A DNA stretch of 64,000 bases, taken from contig CAVSBO010000003.1 of the NCBI GenBank assembly GCA_963726195.1, forward strand, positions 256,001 through 320,000, written 5' to 3'. Below are positions 27,151-37,527 of the stretch, in pieces. The notes below the pieces were generated by a model, which did no database searches, was not told where the DNA came from, and saw only the letters and a list, made by a program, of their open reading frames with translations. The first letter of the stretch is position 1; every line of letters begins with the position of its first letter. The translations under genes were made by a program, and so were the position numbers. The DNA comes from Candidatus Thorarchaeota archaeon (GTDB lineage Archaea; Asgardarchaeota; Thorarchaeia; Thorarchaeales; Thorarchaeaceae).

Positions 27151-27465
27151 CGAGCATTGTGTGATATTGGGCGGGAGTGCATAAAAAGGTGTGTTGGCTG
27201 ACTACTGCAGGGGCTCTTCATGGTGCCCATTTAGAGATGGCCTGCAATAGGAGGACATCTCTACCGGCTGCTTGGTAGGATTGAATGATATTCTTTCCAT
27301 AGAGGAGCGTACTAATGATGTTGAAACGCAAAGCTGAAAAGAAGCCGTTGGCTGCGGTTCTCTAGCAATCGCCGCGCTAAAGTCACAAAGACATAAATAG
27401 CAGGCACTTGGCACTGATGGTAAGTGTCTTTGCCGAGCTCGGCATGGACGCAAGGAGAATGAGCA

Positions 27466-27807
27466 ATGGCAGGATACAAGCACCCTTGTCGCTATTGTGA
27501 ACAATTGATTCCCGGCGACTCTAAAGTCTGCCCAATGTGCGGAGCAGTAAATCCACTTGGGCCGTTGAGATGCCCAAAATGCAAGTCTCCAATCGAGGCA
27601 GGCTGGGTGAAGTGCAACAATTGCGGGTTGTCATTGTCAATCACGTGCCCGAAATGCCATAAGGAGACTTTCTTTGCTGACTATTGCATGAACTGTAAGG
27701 CTCCTTTGGTCGTTATATGCCCTAAGTGCAAGACACCGACACCACCACTCGACAAGTGTCTGAAGTGCGGTAACCCGCTTAAAGTGGAGGCGAAAAAGAA
27801 GAAATGA
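27466..27807 (+). CDS. Multi-zinc-ribbon (double zinc ribbon) protein
   Basis: Eight CxxC motifs; AGGAG RBS. Confidence 0.85.
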   Translation: MAGYKHPCRYCEQLIPGDSKVCPMCGAVNPLGPLRCPKCKSPIEAGWVKCNNCGLSLSITCPKCHKETFFADYCMNCKAPLVVICPKCKTPTPPLDKCLKCGNPLKVEAKKKK

Positions 27808-28467
27808 GTCTGAAAGCATTCACAAGGAACTACGCTGACAACAGCACCGAAGCAGGCTTCGAGTTCACGTTTTTCTGCGATCTATGCAATGACGGATTCA
27901 AGTCCGCATTCATAGAATCGAAGAGCCACAAGAAAGCTGGGCTTCTCAGTGGAATTGGAAGAGCAGCCTACGCGGGCGCGTCCTTGGCAGGACACGGTTC
28001 AGTCGGATGGGCCGCCAGCGAGGGCTCCAGCATCTTGTCACAGAAATTCGAGGGGATGTCTCCTCAGTGGCACAAGGAGCACGAGGCAGCTTTCGAGCAG
28101 GCTTCGAATGAAGCAAAACAGCATTTCAAGCGCTGTCCCAAGTGCAAGAAGTACGTCTGTGAAAATGACTGGAATGAAGAAGAAGGGCTCTGTGTCGATG
28201 ATGCTCCCCGCGAAGCAGTTGAGGTCGCAACTGCCAAAGGAAAGAAGATGGTCAAGGACATAGAGGCAGAGGCAGAAAACACCCAAGTCTTCAAGGGGAA
28301 GATCGAGAACCAAGCAGACAATATGCCCCAAGTGTGGAAAGCCTGCGGGAACAGGCAAATTCTGCAACAACTGTGGTGCGCCCCTCACTGTAGCAAAATG
28401 CAAGAAGTGCGGAGCAACCAATGTTGCCGGTACCAAGTTCTGCTCCGAGTGTGGAGCAAAGCTGTAG
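27804..28467 (+). CDS. Zinc-ribbon domain protein (apparent frameshift at ~28315)
   Basis: DNSTEAGFEFTFFCDLC, CPKCKKYVC; the shifted tail ICPKCG...KFCNNCG...CKKCG...KFCSECGAKL ends at TAG 28465-28467. Confidence 0.8.
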
Positions 28468-28719
28468 TACAACCTAAAGCTGAAGTAGAATCGCGCTGGG
28501 TTCAGATTGGATTCTATTTCAGCGCTTCCTTCTTTTATATTGGAACTGATTGCAGTTGACTAGTTTCAGTCCTATTCTGGCTGAGTATTGCGAAACCCGA
28601 GGCATGGATCTGAGATTAGTTCGAGCCAGAGACAGGCTCTCTGGACCAACCATCGCTCTAGGACAAACCTTGAGCCCTCTTCCGATAGGAACATTAGCGC
28701 ACTCTCGAAGTCTGCTCAC

Positions 28720-29475
28720 ATGAAACCCAAGAGAGCAGTTGTCCGCCCGCCAAGCAGCGCCTTTCCTAGATGCATCTCTTCTCATCCTCTTCGCAACACG
28801 ATTGCTGTTGAAAAAGCGCTGAAGCAGCATCAAACCTACTGCGACACGCTCAGGGAACTGGGTCTCGAACTGATAGTCATGAACCAAGAAGAGAAGTATC
28901 CGGATTCCTGTTTCGTTGAGGATACAGCGGTCATTCACAACGGCAAGGCACTCGTGGCAAGAATGGCTCGACCAAGTCGACAGGGAGAAGAGGACAGTGT
29001 GGAAGCCCTGCTGGGCCAGTACTTGCAGGTTCGTCGAGTGACCAAGCCCGGAACGCTTGAGGGAGGTGATGTAATCCATCTACCCAACAAGCTCATGACC
29101 GGTGTCTCGCAAAGAACCAACATAGACGGAGTGTTCCAGATGAGGGACTGGCTTGAAGTGGAAGTAATCGGAATCCGCGACCCGTACATCGTCCATCTGA
29201 AGAGTCATGCAACATTTCTCGGCATGAAGACCATGATATGCAGGAGAGCCTATCGAGACCATCCGGCACTTGAGAAGTACAATCTGATCGTGCTCGACGA
29301 TGAGGACAGCTACGCTGCGAATACGCTCACAATTGATGAAGTCGTGCTCATGCCTGCAGGGTTTGATAGGGCTGCATCACAGGTCCGAGAAGCCGGGTAT
29401 GAAGTGCTGCCGATTGATGTGAGTGAGTTCGAGAAGTGTGAAGGGGCTCTGACATGTCTGTCGATTCTCTTCTAA
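28720..29475 (+). CDS. ddaH: Dimethylarginine dimethylaminohydrolase (amidinotransferase family)
   Basis: YPDSCFVEDT, LEGGD, RTN, HLKS, ANTL, GALTCLS (catalytic Cys). Confidence 0.88.
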   Translation: MKPKRAVVRPPSSAFPRCISSHPLRNTIAVEKALKQHQTYCDTLRELGLELIVMNQEEKYPDSCFVEDTAVIHNGKALVARMARPSRQGEEDSVEALLGQYLQVRRVTKPGTLEGGDVIHLPNKLMTGVSQRTNIDGVFQMRDWLEVEVIGIRDPYIVHLKSHATFLGMKTMICRRAYRDHPALEKYNLIVLDDEDSYAANTLTIDEVVLMPAGFDRAASQVREAGYEVLPIDVSEFEKCEGALTCLSILF

Positions 29476-29523
29476 TCCAATGCCATCTCCATAACTGTCC
29501 GCGGAACACGCAAAAATGGACAG

Positions 29524-30063
29524 CTACTGCTGTCTCTGATACTTAATGCATGTGAAGGTCGCAGTGCCCGATTTCATTCTGACAGTGCAATCGGACAGCC
29601 TAAGGAGCTCATAGTCATAAGCATAGAATCTCAATTCAAACCCCTCTCGATTGACCCTAAGGACTGGTTCGGTCTCAGACCGTTGAATCTGCTTCTTGGG
29701 AATCTTGCCGTCCACACTCCGCGGCCACGACTCTCCTATGACATCATTGAAGCGGCCGAACCAGACTGACAGCTGGGCGAGCATCATCGCATCAGTCGCC
29801 TTCACGGGAGTGACAAGCCCGGTCACAATTCTCTCAAACGCTTTGGGCTGCTCAACACTGAGAAGTATGCCGTCAGGAAGTATGGCAAAAATGGGTGAGA
29901 AATCGATTTTCATCTTCGTCGGGATTCCTGCAACCAAGGGCACGCGGGAATTGTCCCATTCGGCCATGAACTCAAGTTCGTAGTCATCTGGGTTCCAGCC
30001 CAAGCGTTCTTTCACACGTCTTTGCATTTCATCTACTTGAGCACGGCTTAACCTAGGCGACAT
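29524..30063 (-). CDS. Hypothetical protein
   Basis: Long ORF filling the gap, protein-like composition; no motif recognised. Confidence 0.55.
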   Translation of the reverse strand: MSPRLSRAQVDEMQRRVKERLGWNPDDYELEFMAEWDNSRVPLVAGIPTKMKIDFSPIFAILPDGILLSVEQPKAFERIVTGLVTPVKATDAMMLAQLSVWFGRFNDVIGESWPRSVDGKIPKKQIQRSETEPVLRVNREGFELRFYAYDYELLRLSDCTVRMKSGTATFTCIKYQRQQ

Positions 30064-30309
30064 GAAACTTGCACATCCGTCGCGATCCATTGTGCCGCAG
30101 ACCGACACAAACATTATCATCATTGGCCGAATGTCCGAGCTTTATTATGTTGCCTACCAAGAAGTCCAGCATCAATAGAGGCCAGCCTTCAGACATCCCG
30201 AAGACCTCAAGAAAGCGTGTGCTCTTGCAAATGGGCAAACTCGCGTTAGAAATGACTTCCTCCGGATGTGCTTTGATTCATTTTAGAATCATACTTCAGC
30301 TCAGATTAG

Positions 30310-32169
30310 TTGAAATTCAAGAAACTTCACTCACAAAGCAGGAAAGCGGCGTTGTGGTCAATACAGGACAGCAAGTACATCTATGGTATAGGCAAGGGCG
30401 ACCTCTATTTCCTAGATGTCGATGGTCAAGGCCGCCTCGTCTTGCGCTTTGAAAATCTCAGTTTGTCGTTTCCTGAGCTTATCGAGAAAGTCAGGAACAT
30501 CTCTCAGGCGGAGTATTCGTCCTTCACCGTTAGGATTCCTGCCCTCGCGGCCGAACGTGCAATAGAAGTAACGACCGCATTTCGTGAAGCCATGACGCAG
30601 TCGAAGTACGAAGGCAAGTACCTGCCCATATTCCCGATCAAGGTCAATCACCACAACGACATTGTTAGAACAATCTTGGCCACGGATCCGTCCTATGGGC
30701 TTGAAGCTGGTTCGAAGGGAGAGTTTGCCCTCATCCGAAACATCGTAGGCCAAGACAAGTCTAGGTGTCTGATTTGCAATGGGACTAAGGATGCAGAGTA
30801 TCTGAAGATGGCTACGGAAGCCCGCAATGCAGGACACAATGTGCTCTTTACCGTCGAAAGCCCCGAGGATGTCGAGCTTGTCGCGAAATCCCTTCCCGAG
30901 GGTGGCATTCCGCTAGGTCTTCGAATCAAGCCATACGTTGAGTCAAGTGGACACTGGGCTGCCGCGGGCGGTCGTGACTCGAAGTTCGGCATGGCTCCCC
31001 GCGATTTGCTGCAAGCAATCAATGTTCTGAGAGCTAACAACCTGAAGAAAGACATCATTTCAATTCACGGGCACATTGGTTCGCAGGTAGCCGACCTTGA
31101 GAATGTGCGTGAGCTTGGGAGATTCATGACAGAGGCATTCTGGTGGCTCGTCAACAAGCAGACCTTCCCCGCCTTGAGATTGATGGACCTTGGGGGAGGC
31201 TTGCCGGTTGACTATGAAGGAGTTCGCAAGAACAGGGCGCTCAAAGAATACGCTACGAACGTCGTCGAATCCGTGAACAGCACATGCAATGAATTGGGAG
31301 TCACCAGACTTCCGACCATAATGACGGAAAATGGCCGGGCTGTTGCAGCTCACAGCTCAATGGTCCTGGTTAAGGTGCTCGCCGAACGTGGGTCGACGCG
31401 GGCAGGCGAAGCACTGACACAACAGACAGCCGATGAAGTGAAGAAATGGATAAGGCTGGTCAAGAATGCCAAGACCCTCTCAGCTGTTCTTAGAGTATGG
31501 TCACGACTGAACATGGAACTGGGAGCAAGCACGGGAGATATTGACAGACTTCACCAAAGAGAGCAAATCCTGGCGTCGGTGAAGGGGAGCATGATGAGGA
31601 AGGTAGTCGAGGAAGGACTAGGAGAACCGGAAGGGACAACACCAAATTGGTTGCTCCAACCCGACATCATAGCTTATGGGAACTTTAGCGTATTCAACAG
31701 CTGTATTGACCATGTGCTCGTGGGACAGTACTTTCCAATCATACCCGTCGCAGGCCTTGACAAGGAGCCTGAAACGACTGTACGCATCGCAGACATTACT
31801 GCTGACAGCGATGGAGAGATCTCTGCATTCGTACGAAGAGAACGGGCCAAAGACAAGGAGCTTACTACCCTAGACGGACGGCCGCTCACTGGTTCCAAGA
31901 ACAGCATCGCTCTAGGGATACCCGTTCCGTCAGTGAAGAACCTGAAAGGCTCTTTCTTTCTTGTGGCCCTGACCGGCGCCTACCAAGAAGTGATGGCCAG
32001 CGATCCCAACCTGCTCGGCAGACTGCCAGACGTAATTGTTGCAGTAAAGAACGGCCAACTGAACATAGCATGGAAGAAAGGTGACGCGATTCTATCATCA
32101 AGATTGAGCCAATTTGGGACTCAGATAGGGCCGTTTGAACCCTATTCAATCGGCGAAGAGAAGGAGTAG
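30310..32169 (+). CDS. speA: SpeA-like PLP-dependent (fold III) arginine decarboxylase, divergent
   Basis: FPIKVN (PLP Lys), GLEAGSK.E, CNG.KD.EY, SGHW...GG.DSKFG, HIGSQ, DLGGGL.VDYEG, NFSVF, DITADSDG, GAYQE. Confidence 0.8.
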   Translation: MKFKKLHSQSRKAALWSIQDSKYIYGIGKGDLYFLDVDGQGRLVLRFENLSLSFPELIEKVRNISQAEYSSFTVRIPALAAERAIEVTTAFREAMTQSKYEGKYLPIFPIKVNHHNDIVRTILATDPSYGLEAGSKGEFALIRNIVGQDKSRCLICNGTKDAEYLKMATEARNAGHNVLFTVESPEDVELVAKSLPEGGIPLGLRIKPYVESSGHWAAAGGRDSKFGMAPRDLLQAINVLRANNLKKDIISIHGHIGSQVADLENVRELGRFMTEAFWWLVNKQTFPALRLMDLGGGLPVDYEGVRKNRALKEYATNVVESVNSTCNELGVTRLPTIMTENGRAVAAHSSMVLVKVLAERGSTRAGEALTQQTADEVKKWIRLVKNAKTLSAVLRVWSRLNMELGASTGDIDRLHQREQILASVKGSMMRKVVEEGLGEPEGTTPNWLLQPDIIAYGNFSVFNSCIDHVLVGQYFPIIPVAGLDKEPETTVRIADITADSDGEISAFVRRERAKDKELTTLDGRPLTGSKNSIALGIPVPSVKNLKGSFFLVALTGAYQEVMASDPNLLGRLPDVIVAVKNGQLNIAWKKGDAILSSRLSQFGTQIGPFEPYSIGEEKE

Positions 32170-32277
32170 CCACGGCACAATCTGTTTTAACATGAAGAGA
32201 GAGGCCCACTTCTTCCAATTCAGCCGAAGTCTATAAGAGTCTCTGAGCCCGGTCGTTGCAGCGGATGGCACACAGCA

Positions 32278-33148
32278 ATGGAGATAGATGTTCAGCTTCT
32301 CAAGGAATTCGAAGACCAACTCAATCCTCTGAGACCCGAGAAATCGAGTATACCTGCAAAGCTAGTGGGACTTGGTCGAATAAGTGCAACCTACGAGATT
32401 CTTGAAGAAGGCCAGGAACTCATTCAATACACTAGGATGCCGTTCTTTGATACATTGGCTCGTCTCGAAGCCTACGAGAAGCTGTATCATCGATATAACC
32501 AGCAGATCAAAGAAATCGGCCTGGACCTTCCAGACTACGGAACAACGCGAATTGAGAAGAAAGGAGGACAGACGTATCTGTACCTCTATCGAGAAAAACA
32601 ACCCCCTACCGCGACAGCTATTGGGATCATCTCTCGTGCCACCAACGCCGAATGCTTTGCTTTTGCCCGGCAAATCCTCAGAGAGATGAACAAGGTGTGG
32701 AAATTCAACAGCAAGAACCGGTCGAAGCTAGAGGTGTCAACCGATGGCAGACTATCTAACTGGTCTATGCCTGGCATAGGACCTGATACTTCTCAGGTAG
32801 GCACGAAAACGAAACTGCAGTGTATACCGAATGGCACTCCAATGATGAGGCAGGAAGAGAAGGAACTCCTCGATAGTGATGTGTTCTTCCTTCGAGCAGG
32901 GGAAGTCTCAAAGCCCATATCGAAAAGACGTCACATACATGATCTACTTGGCAGATTCTATGACATTAGACGGGTGTGTCTGGACATGTTGGCAGACTTC
33001 GAACAGACACGCGGCAAACTCATCAGTGGTGTCGTCGATGTGGCAAACCAGTTCCTTTTGGAGGAAGCAGTCTGTCGAGCACCTCCTCGTTATCACTCCG
33101 GAAGAGGTCAAGCATTACACAGCTGATGCGTTGTCATGGAAACTCTAG
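32278..33148 (+). CDS. DUF6206-like protein (apparent frameshift at ~33070)
   Basis: L.EFE..LNP..PE.S.IPA..VG.G.IS, DG.LSNW, TPM; the tail ITPEEVKHY..DAL.W lies in another frame. Confidence 0.55.
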
Positions 33149-33244
33149 CTTAATGATTTGCTTGGCCGAGAGACTTTATTCTATGCACTTGCACAAGGGT
33201 TTAAGAATGGCCAAATTGAGCAAATTCAAGAGACGGAGACTCCA

Positions 33245-35688
33245 ATGAAGGACAGTGTTGGTCTTTCAGCGGCTGAAGCTGAAAAGAGACTAAGACAGTA
33301 CGGGCCAAACCAAACTGCAAAGCCCAGAGGAGTAAGCTTTCTTGGCATTGCTAAGGAGGAGGTAACAGAGCCCCTAATCCTCATGCTTATCGTCGTTGGT
33401 ATTCTCTACTCGATTTGGGGCAATCTCGAAGATGCTCTGACGATTTTCAGCGTCATTACTGTCTTGGTTCTCGTGGAGATACTGAATGAATACAGAGCCA
33501 AGAAGGCCATATCTGCTCTCTCAAGGATGGCCGCACCGAAGACCAAGGTCCTTAGAGACGACGAGGTTGCCGAGATTGAAACTGAGAACGTGGTCCCGGG
33601 CGATGTTCTCGTGTTCACCCCGGGCACCCGCATCGCTGCCGATGGCAAGCTTCTCGTGTCGTTGAGCCTTCACGTCGACGAGTCCTCGCTGACTGGGGAG
33701 TCTATGCCTCAGGAGAAGAACCGCGGCGACGAAATCCTTGGTGGGACACTAGTTGTTGCGGGAGAGGGACAGGCAGAAGTCACCGCTACTGGCAAAGATT
33801 CGAGGTTCGGAAAAATCTCGGCTCTGGCACAAGAGATCAAGGAACCTATGACGCCTTTGCAGGAAGCGATGGAGTCCCTAGCAGAGAGATTGGTTGTATT
33901 GGCTTTGGTACTGAGTTTGGTAATTCCTCTCTTGGGCTACTTGCGCGGCCAAGATTTCAGACAATGCTACTCACCGGACTTGCCCTTGCTTTTGCGACCG
34001 TTCCTGAGGAGGGACCCATCATCATTACCATGATTCTGGGACTGGGTGCGTACAAACTCTCCCAACATAACTTCCTAATCAAGAAGATCAAGGCTGCCGA
34101 GGTTCTCGGAGATGCGACTGTCATTCTCACAGACAAGACTGGAACCATTACTGAGAACCGGATGAGTGTCGTTTCTGTTTTCCCTGAGGAGCAAGAACTG
34201 AGCGTCATCAAAGCCGCACTAGCAACAATGACGGAAATGTCTCTATCACCTACTGACAAAGCCATCAGGGAAAAGGCGTCGGAACTACACATTGAGACAG
34301 AATCTCCGCAGCTGCTTCGTGAGCGCAGTTTTGGCGACGGCAGGAAAACGAAGAGTCTCCTGTGCAACGTGGATGGTGGCCTACAACTTACCGTAAGCGG
34401 AGCACCCGAAGAGGTACTAGGTCTGGTAGGTAACGACCACACAGAGGTTCTGGATGAATTGGGAAAGCAGACGACAAGGGGAAGAAGAGTCATAGCTGTT
34501 GCCCAGAGAAGTGTTTTGTTCACTGAAAAGGACTCGCCGTTTTCATCGTTGGAGAAGGACCTAGATTTCATTGGACTAATCTCGCTTGAAGATCCGCCCA
34601 GAAACGGAGTCAAGGAAACGATAGAACAAGCCAAGCAAGCTGGGATTAGGACCATCATGGTTACTGGCGATCATCCTCAGACTGCCTCATTCATTGCAGA
34701 GACTGTGGGTATTTCATCGGAGAGAATCATGACTGGCAATGAACTGGATGGTTTGTCCGACGAGAATCTGGAGGATGTGGTAAAGGAGGTATCTGTGTTC
34801 GCGAGGACAAAGCCAGAGGACAAGTATCGTCTTGTGAAAGCACTGAGAGCTAACAATGAAGTCGTGGCAGTGACTGGGGATGGTGTTAACGACACTTTGG
34901 CTCTCAAGGCTGCAGACATAGGCATCGCCATGGGACTGAAAGGCACAGATGCGGCGAAAGAGGCGGCTGATGTCGTCCTAGCTGATGATAACTTCGTGAC
35001 TATTGGGAGTGCAATCTTCGAGGGTCGGAAATTCTTCGACAACCTCAGAAAGGGATGGAAGTATTACCTGTCTGCCAAGATGGCACTCATACTGATTTTC
35101 CTTTTGCCACTTGTGCTCAACATCCCATTTCCCATGGCTCCGATTCAAATCATAGTCCTCGAATTGTTCATGGATCTCGCTGCTTCAGCTGCGTTCGTCA
35201 GTGAGCCCCCGGAGAAGGCAATCTACAGCAGACCCCCGAAAAGCCCTAAGACACGCCTTCTCGGTTCTAAAACCATCGCGAGGATCACTGTTTCAGGGTT
35301 GAGCCTTTTTGCTGCAGTCTCAATCTCCTACATGTACGCGCGATGGCAGAACCTATCCCTTGCTCAGACACAGACGTACGCCTTCGCGGCTTGGATCATG
35401 GGTCACGTAATCTTGGCCTTCGTCTCTCGTTCGGAAGGCGAGCCGCTATACAAGTTAGGATTCCTTTCGAACAGAGTGATGGATGCTTGGGCGTTTGCCT
35501 CCTTCGCTTTCTTGTTCATCGGGATATTCGTGCCCATTGTGACCATTCAGCTCAGACTGTCTTCAATCTCCGTTGTTGAAATCGGCCTCGTGTTCGTGAT
35601 TTGCTTTCTCGTCATAGCATGGCAGGAGCTTGGCAAGATTCTGATGTTCAACAGGCGGAGTCATACTCTTCAAGAGAAGATGCCCTAG
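33245..35688 (+). CDS. P-type (IIA-like) cation-transporting ATPase (apparent frameshift at ~33960)
   Basis: DESSLTGES, VPEE, DKTGT (phospho-Asp), DPPR, TGD, GDGVND. Confidence 0.9.
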
Positions 35689-35813
35689 CGATCTTTCCGC
35701 AACTGCAGAGAAGCCCTATTCGACCAATCTCTCTGAGCTATACATGGTGCCGCAAAGCAATGCTTAAGTCCTGACCGCCGCCGAGCGTGATGCCTTATTG
35801 TGGTGTCCTTGTT

Positions 35814-37418
35814 ATGGTGGCAAGCAAGCCGTTCACTCCGGGTACTCAGAGCAGACCACAGGTCGTCGGACCATACAGGATAGTGTTCGCTACTGGCTTC
35901 GGAGTATTGCTCAGCGCGCTTGACTCATCCGTCGTTAACGTCTCGCTTGATACGATGTCCCGAAACCTCGGCGTAGGAATTGAGCAAGTGGCATGGGTTG
36001 TTCTTGCTTACGTGCTGATTCTGACATCCACAATGCCGCTCATGGGAAAGCTCGGCGACAGGCACGGCAAGAAGCGCGTGTTTCAGGCCGGAATGGTCCT
36101 CTTCATAATTGGCTCTGCCGCCTGTGCTTCTTCGCCCACTCTTGAGATCCTGATCATGTTCAGGCTGTTTCAAGCAATAGGTGCTAGCATGATGACTGCG
36201 AACGGACTCGCAATCGTCACCTACTTTACTACCCCACAGAATCGTGGCCGAGCCATCGGACTCAACTCGGTAATCCTCGCGGCCGCACTCGGTGCTGGTC
36301 CAGTTGTCGGAGGAATCCTTAGTGAGTTCTTCGGATGGCCAAGCATCTTTCTGGTCAATATTCCCGTAGGCTTGGTCGGCCTGATCGTTGGAGCGAAGAT
36401 AATCCGTGAAACTGAACAGGTCAAGGAGAGCCGATTCGATATCCTAGGAGTGACCCTGTTTTTCTCTGTGCTGTTCACGTTGGTGCTGCTAGTTTCAGAG
36501 GTCGGCACTGTTGTAGCAGTTGGAGCCGGCACTGTAATCAGCGACGTTAATCAGACGTTGTTGGCAGTACTAGGCGTCGCCAGCATCATCATGTTCATCG
36601 CTTTCGTACAAAGGGAAAGGACCTTTGTGTCTCCAATGATCCCGGTTCGAGTACTCGCAGACAGGAGAATCTCATCAGGGTTCTTCTCTGCATTGCTCGC
36701 ATTCATGGCCAGCAATCCAGTCACCTTTCTGTTGCCTTGGATGTTGCAGGATGTTCTCGGATACAGTCAGTTTCAGACGGGTCTATACCTGACGGCGTAC
36801 CCCTTGACAATATCAGTAATGGGACCCGTTGCTGGCATCATATCTGAAAGAATGGAGGCACGGAAAGAGACAGTGATTGGACTCTGCATTCAGCTCGTCG
36901 GGTATGTTCTCCTCGCCTCCGCAATTCCGAATGTCACACTCATGTTTCTTTCCGTCATAGTCACAGCCATTGGCGGGGGACTCTTTACAGTCGCCAACAG
37001 CAATTACATAATGACTGCAGCTCCGCGAAGCTACATGGGAGTAGTAAGCGCACTCACTCAAGTCGCGAGAACCAGTGCAATATCAATCGGAACCGCGCTA
37101 TCCGCGGCTCTATACACAGCCTATTTCCTCGCGTTCAACCCCACCGGTGTCACCTCGGGACCTGTCTATGCAAATGCCTACGTAACCGCAGTGCGATTGG
37201 TAGTCTCGGCGTTCTGTTTCCTGACCGTCGGTGCGGTAATCGTTTCGGCCGTTAGAGGAACGAACCCACACGAACGCGAGAGAGCCGCAAGACGTGCCGA
37301 AGGAGTTGTGACCGTTGAAGTCCACAGTGAAGCGACTGAGATCCAAGCTGATCCTAGCCCATCAGATACAAACGCCGAGGACGGAAATCTGGCGCACGAC
37401 GAGTCGAACAACAGCTAA
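35814..37418 (+). CDS. MFS DHA2 (EmrB/QacA-like) 14-TM exporter
   Basis: LDSSVVNV, GKLGDRHGKKR, RGRAIG, GPVVGG, W.SIFLVNIPVG. Confidence 0.9.
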   Translation: MVASKPFTPGTQSRPQVVGPYRIVFATGFGVLLSALDSSVVNVSLDTMSRNLGVGIEQVAWVVLAYVLILTSTMPLMGKLGDRHGKKRVFQAGMVLFIIGSAACASSPTLEILIMFRLFQAIGASMMTANGLAIVTYFTTPQNRGRAIGLNSVILAAALGAGPVVGGILSEFFGWPSIFLVNIPVGLVGLIVGAKIIRETEQVKESRFDILGVTLFFSVLFTLVLLVSEVGTVVAVGAGTVISDVNQTLLAVLGVASIIMFIAFVQRERTFVSPMIPVRVLADRRISSGFFSALLAFMASNPVTFLLPWMLQDVLGYSQFQTGLYLTAYPLTISVMGPVAGIISERMEARKETVIGLCIQLVGYVLLASAIPNVTLMFLSVIVTAIGGGLFTVANSNYIMTAAPRSYMGVVSALTQVARTSAISIGTALSAALYTAYFLAFNPTGVTSGPVYANAYVTAVRLVVSAFCFLTVGAVIVSAVRGTNPHERERAARRAEGVVTVEVHSEATEIQADPSPSDTNAEDGNLAHDESNNS

Positions 37419-37527
37419 GCCCTGATTCGTTGAAGGCTTGAAAGAATCAACGGTATCGCGATGTAGTGATACTGGTTTAGGAGCCTTTATCTTCTGCTTG
37501 TTTCGGGATGTCGTCAGGTGTTAGGAG

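Noticed and set aside
27315-27366. Short ORF MMLKRKAEKKPLAAVL with GAGGAG RBS
   Set aside because: Only 16 codons with no supporting evidence.
18940-29475. Functional link between the RGG-tailed SSB and DDAH (arginine methylation turnover)
   Set aside because: The genes are 10 kb apart, DDAH homologs are widespread in prokaryotes, and no PRMT is evident.
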